Below, one piece after another: positions 59,906 to 64,000 of a stretch of 64,000 nucleotides of DNA (its first letter is position 1; every line of letters starts with the position of its first letter). This DNA comes from Promethearchaeota archaeon Loki_b32. GTDB taxonomy: Archaea > Asgardarchaeota > Lokiarchaeia > Sigyniarchaeales > SOKP01. The notes below the pieces were generated by a model, which worked only from the letters and a program-made list of their open reading frames with translations, was not told where the DNA came from and did not search any database. The position numbers were made by a program, and so were the translations under genes. Location: NCBI GenBank assembly GCA_005223125.1, contig NJBH01000001.1, positions 96,001 to 160,000 on the forward strand. Reading direction: 5' to 3'.

Positions 59906-60166
59906 TTGATTAAAATGAATGATGAAAAAATTTCATATGTTAATATTGCAGCGTATTATCTTGCACAAAAAGGCTACACCTATGATAAATTATGTTGGAT
60001 GTTAGCAGAGAGACAATTACTAGTTCAAAGAGACCAAAGATATAATCAAGAAGATAGAATAAAAGAAAAAGCAGCAGAAATATTTTTTTCTGGTCCAGAC
60101 TACGATGTTTTATGTTATTTAATTTCGGAAATAGATATTCTGATGAAATTAGGAAAAATTAAATGA
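59906..60166 (+). CDS. Stand-alone homologue of the gelsolin C-terminal domain X (likely start ATG at 59915)
   Basis: AAYYLAQKGYTYDKLCWMLAE...IKEKAAEIF.S...YDVLCYLISE.DIL matches the C-terminus of 30133..31026. Confidence 0.8.
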   Translation: MIKMNDEKISYVNIAAYYLAQKGYTYDKLCWMLAERQLLVQRDQRYNQEDRIKEKAAEIFFSGPDYDVLCYLISEIDILMKLGKIK

Positions 60167-60295
60167 AGAATATAAAATCTCAATCATAGATTTTGTTGAA
60201 GTAGCCTTAAAGAGTATGGAAAATAACTTTCAAATAGTTATTTCTATAGATCGTTTTAAATGAGAGAAAAAAAACCATTCATATAATACAGACCC

Positions 60296-61501
60296 TTAAT
60301 AAAGGTGGAGCCGTATATCACAGTTTTTACAATGACCTTCTTTCAACTTCTTAAAACAATCCTCATGATATAGAGCATTGCATTTAAGATTACCACATTG
60401 AACTGCTGATTGACCTTTCTCGAAGATCAAATGACATACAGGGCATGCATTAAAAATAGCTTCATCTCCAAGCACAGCAACATCTTGAATATATTTAGCT
60501 GGTATAATTTCTGGTTTCTGAGCAGGCTCTTCTTTCAATCCTTTGGTAAGAACACGTAATTTCTGAATTTGCGTGACTTCAATGGGTATTTTTAAAAGAT
60601 AAAAACAGTGAGGACATCTAGCAGTTCCAGATCTCTTTACTTTATGATCTTTCTGAGAATCTGCCCACGCACCTAAACAGTGTATATGAAATGGTGTAGT
60701 ACAATTAGGACAATATCTCCCTGTAACATAAAAAGAACCTTTAGTGTAAGGATTTTGATCAGAGAAGCATATAGAACACTTTTTGAAATCAACTTCTCCC
60801 CGTATCTGCTTTACGCGTTGTTCTTGATCTCTTGTTAAATCCTGAACTCTTAATAAATTTGCAGCTATTTGTCTAAGAAACGCGGGATTTTCGATAAGAG
60901 TCTCCTTACTTGCTCCATAAGTTTTATAATTATCTTCAGCGATTTCTTTGGCAGATCTAGTTAAAGATTCTAGGTCATTATTATAAAAGTATCGCCCACC
61001 TGTTATATCGCTTATTCTCTTTAATAGATTATCCTGTCTTGTATTTGCTATACCAAAAGTATCAATTCTGATGCTTAATCCTTGAGCAATACGTGCCATT
61101 TTTAATGGATCAACCGCAGTTTTCATGTAATTTCCATCTGATATCAAAACGATTCGAGGTGTTTTAGCACCAATTTTACGTAATTCTGCTATTAAAGTTT
61201 TAATCGATAAAGCTAAAGCGTCACCCATAGCTGAATAGCCTCCACAAGTTAGAGAGTCCAAAGCATCATTGAGATTATTCCCAAAACTTGAGGTGGCAAA
61301 ATCTATAATTTTTTTAGCTTTATCAGAATATTCTATTACTGCAAAAGCACTTAAATTGTCTAAGTTAAACCTTTCGTTAGCTAAAGTTTTAGCAGCAGAA
61401 ATGCAACAAGTAAATCGATTAGGTGTGAAATCCTTTCTAAACATAGATCTTGACGTATCTATACAAATAACAAGATCTTCAGGTATTCTATTCTCTGACA
61501 T
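60296..61501 (-). CDS. VWA domain (Ssl1/Rpn10-like) plus two RING-like zinc fingers
   Basis: IDTSRSM...DFTPNR MIDAS, ISDG and TGGRY. Zinc fingers are CSIC...CPNC...HIHC...W...CPHC and CPVC...C....C...HEDC...CKNC. Confidence 0.82.
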   Translation of the reverse strand: MSENRIPEDLVICIDTSRSMFRKDFTPNRFTCCISAAKTLANERFNLDNLSAFAVIEYSDKAKKIIDFATSSFGNNLNDALDSLTCGGYSAMGDALALSIKTLIAELRKIGAKTPRIVLISDGNYMKTAVDPLKMARIAQGLSIRIDTFGIANTRQDNLLKRISDITGGRYFYNNDLESLTRSAKEIAEDNYKTYGASKETLIENPAFLRQIAANLLRVQDLTRDQEQRVKQIRGEVDFKKCSICFSDQNPYTKGSFYVTGRYCPNCTTPFHIHCLGAWADSQKDHKVKRSGTARCPHCFYLLKIPIEVTQIQKLRVLTKGLKEEPAQKPEIIPAKYIQDVAVLGDEAIFNACPVCHLIFEKGQSAVQCGNLKCNALYHEDCFKKLKEGHCKNCDIRLHLY

Positions 61502-61717
61502 TGTCTGTTTTTAGCATATATTGTATTAAGTAATGAAAATGACCGTTTTGATTCAATCGATTTTTTATACTTTTATTAATTACTAATTAATTAATACTGC
61601 TTCAATTAGATAAAGTTTTTTTTTAAGAATATTAATATATATTTAATAATACCTTTTAGTACTAGTAAAGATAAGAATATTAGTTAAAAGAAAAATTACA
61701 AATAAACTTGATACATA

Positions 61718-62926
61718 ATGTCTGAAAATAGTAGCAAGAGTGTAGCAATTAAAGATTTCTTTAAAAGTAATGTTCTAATTAATGAACTTGATGAGGTTTT
61801 AAGATTTAAACCTGATTCCCTAATAGGAGTCGATAAAATTAGCTCTGATCATCTATATAATAATGGGATAAAAACTATTGAAGATTTAGCTAATTTATCA
61901 GTATCAAATCTCCCTGAGATAAAAGAGATTCTACCTAAAATGTTATTGAAATGGGTAAAAATTGCTCAGGTAATACAAAAAAATATCAAAGAACAGCTGC
62001 GCCGCCATAAGAAAATTTTGATGTTGGGACTCGATGCAGCAGGCAAGACTTCTATACTCGCAGTTCTTCAAGATAAATTTTCAATTATTAAATCTCTTTT
62101 ACCTACAAGGGGGGTAAAGAGAGAGAAATTGGACTTCTTTGGATATCCGATAATCTCCTGGGATTTAGGTGGACAAGTACAATATAGAGAGAAGTTGTAC
62201 TTCAATAGACCAGAATTGTTTTTCACTGAAGCAGATATTATATTGTATGTAGTTGATAGCCAGGACCCAGATAGAATTCCTGAAGCAGTAAACTACTTCC
62301 GAGAAGTATTAAAGGTTTTGGAAGATTTACATGAAATACCTTCTTTTTTGATTGTATTAAGTAAGAGTGATCAAGATATTCGTAAAACTCTCCAATGGCA
62401 ACAAAATGTAACAAGCATAAAAAATAAATTTAATAGTATAGCTGATGAATTTGACGAATTCTCGATTGATTATTGTGATTCTACAATTTTTCAAAGAGAA
62501 ACAATAATGCAAATGTTCAGTATCGCATTAAAGAAAGTGTCTGATACATCTGAAATAATCGAAAATATACTCGAAGAGTTTACACATCAAGTAGATGCAA
62601 AAGCTTCAAGTTTAGTATCAATGGATGGGCTTATTTTTGGAACTTATACCGGTTCTGATACAGACGAAATGCTGGTAAATAATACAGCTTTATTACTTCA
62701 AACACTTTCAAATTTCTATAATTCAATAGGTTTAATAAGGGAAAAGTCAATAAAACTGGAATTACCACTCAATGGATTTACTATCCGTGGAGAAAAATTA
62801 TTTGAATACTCAGAATTGCAAATACCCGTATATTTATGGATGCTTTCAGAAAATCCAGAATTGTTAGAAAGTAAAATTAATTACTTTAGAGAACAATTAC
62901 TTCCGTTGATTAACCTCTTTCTTTGA
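61718..62926 (+). CDS. HhH-like domain + Arf-like small GTPase + C-terminal roadblock-like domain
   Basis: LIGVD......L...GIKTIEDLA, then GLDAAGKT, PTRG, WDLGGQ, YVVDS and SKSD; C-terminal ASSLVSMDGLIFG. Confidence 0.85.
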   Translation: MSENSSKSVAIKDFFKSNVLINELDEVLRFKPDSLIGVDKISSDHLYNNGIKTIEDLANLSVSNLPEIKEILPKMLLKWVKIAQVIQKNIKEQLRRHKKILMLGLDAAGKTSILAVLQDKFSIIKSLLPTRGVKREKLDFFGYPIISWDLGGQVQYREKLYFNRPELFFTEADIILYVVDSQDPDRIPEAVNYFREVLKVLEDLHEIPSFLIVLSKSDQDIRKTLQWQQNVTSIKNKFNSIADEFDEFSIDYCDSTIFQRETIMQMFSIALKKVSDTSEIIENILEEFTHQVDAKASSLVSMDGLIFGTYTGSDTDEMLVNNTALLLQTLSNFYNSIGLIREKSIKLELPLNGFTIRGEKLFEYSELQIPVYLWMLSENPELLESKINYFREQLLPLINLFL

Positions 62927-62990
62927 ATATCTTTATGTAATTTTTAAAGATTTAATCTATCTCTTTTAAGAATTTTAAATTCGATGATAT

Positions 62991-63209
62991 TTAGTTTAAT
63001 TCCAATTCCTTATTTGCCGCAAGTAAGAACTCATTACTCTTATCTAGCAATTTAATCGCATTATCTAATTTTTCAGCTATAGATTTTAAACCTTTTTCTT
63101 TAGCAATATCTCGCCATTTTAAAAAATTTTCTTTATGTGAATCATTATGATCTGCCCAATGTTTACATAATTTTGATAATTTTAAAATGTCTTTATCTTG
63201 TTTATCCAA
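62991..63209 (-). CDS. Small helical protein with HWxxHNxxH motif (putative metal-binding)
   Basis: LCKHWADHNDSHKENF; TTG start. Confidence 0.7.
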   Translation of the reverse strand: MDKQDKDILKLSKLCKHWADHNDSHKENFLKWRDIAKEKGLKSIAEKLDNAIKLLDKSNEFLLAANKELELN

Positions 63210-63459
63210 AATATCTCACATCTTTAACATTTATCTAATTTAGTAATGAAATTAAGCTTTACACATTAACTTTTGGGTTTTCTATTTGAATAGATTTAAA
63301 TAATCATAGCTTCTTATTGAATTACTTATATTAAATCAGAATTGAAAGAATATGCAATTTTGAATGTTGATAATTCTTAATGAAAATAACATATTTCTTA
63401 TTAAAGTTATGCATATCCAAATATTTTTATACAAAAATTTCTATTATTTATAAAAAAAT

Positions 63460-63858
63460 ATGGTGAAAAATATGAAAAGAGGAAACCAATATTATAGTGT
63501 TGAAGCAGATCAAGAAATAAACAGAGTTCATTTTGTAATGCAAGGTGAAATTCCTGAAGTAGAGGCTGTTACTAATTTTGAAGCAGATTGGCATACAACT
63601 GTAGGCGAATTAAAGCCTGGATTCACGATTCTAGGTGATCTAAGTAAGTGTGCACCACTCCCTGAGGATGTAGAAGCTCTAAATCAAAAAGTACAAGGGT
63701 GGATAATGCAACAAGGATGTAGTAAAGTTGCACAATTAGTTGGCGATTTGACTGTAATGAGTCAAGTTAATGCATTCGCTGAGAGATCAGGGATGAAAAA
63801 TATCCTTAGAGCATTCAATATTCGCAGAACTGCTGAAATGTGGCTAGATATGAAGTAA
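63460..63858 (+). CDS. STAS/SEC14 (SpoIIAA-like) domain protein
   Basis: GFTILGDLS, G..KVAQLV and AF.....AE.WLD. Confidence 0.7.
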   Translation: MVKNMKRGNQYYSVEADQEINRVHFVMQGEIPEVEAVTNFEADWHTTVGELKPGFTILGDLSKCAPLPEDVEALNQKVQGWIMQQGCSKVAQLVGDLTVMSQVNAFAERSGMKNILRAFNIRRTAEMWLDMK

Positions 63859-64000
63859 ATATTAAATAAAGATGTTTTTAGGTTATCTTTAAGAATTACA
63901 AATTCTTGAAGGTATTTTTTTTTTCTATGTTTAATTATATATAAAATGACATTAAACATGTGAATAATTAATTTAAAAGAAAAAATGTTTTGATAAATCA

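Noticed and set aside
2617-63959. Short ORFs overlapping longer genes (e.g. 2617, 3517, 11266, 11279, 12397, 13111, 13426, 16178, 20597, 22010, 23200, 24904, 25746, 27419, 28366, 28417, 30288, 30397, 30579, 31700, 32546, 36756, 38249, 38780, 47506, 50070, 50255, 52298, 61269, 63762)
   Set aside because: These are shadow ORFs in antisense or alternate frames of well-supported genes and carry no recognisable motifs.
1-64000. tRNA, rRNA, CRISPR arrays, integrases/transposases
   Set aside because: I saw no GC-rich structured RNA segments, regularly spaced repeats or recombinase motifs by eye. tRNAscan-SE or Infernal would be needed to exclude small RNAs.

Overview
AT-rich, gene-dense archaeal chromosomal segment. 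The gene content points to an Asgard archaeon, most likely Lokiarchaeia/Promethearchaeota: Rab-like and Arf-like small GTPases, a gelsolin-domain protein, longin/roadblock-like domains, a VWA-RING-RING protein, MtrH and IorAB. This is inferred from protein families, since no rRNA marker is present. About 55 CDS can be supported, mostly for amino-acid, fatty-acid and carbohydrate metabolism, transport and regulation. I found no tRNA, rRNA, CRISPR array or transposase. The most striking locus is a co-oriented minus-strand cluster at about 31.0-34.8 kb. It runs from a Cys-pair-rich MarR regulator, through an unannotated 25-aa CC...CC micropeptide, an iron-sulfur flavoprotein and a decayed second micropeptide copy, to a SAM-methyltransferase fused to an HgcA-like corrinoid/membrane protein and an HgcB-like ferredoxin. 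Two identical 18-bp palindromic operators abut TATA boxes in front of marR and the micropeptide. It looks like a self-regulated metal(loid)-methylation/handling module related to mercury-methylating hgcAB. Other notable items are a BpsA-SpeD branched-polyamine fusion, a nuclease with four tandem ~92-aa repeats in front of a PD-(D/E)xK domain, two unannotated tandem paralogous ~46-aa basic ORFs, a stand-alone copy of the gelsolin C-terminal 'X' domain, and several gene remnants or frameshifts. All family assignments are by motif recognition only; no database searches were run.
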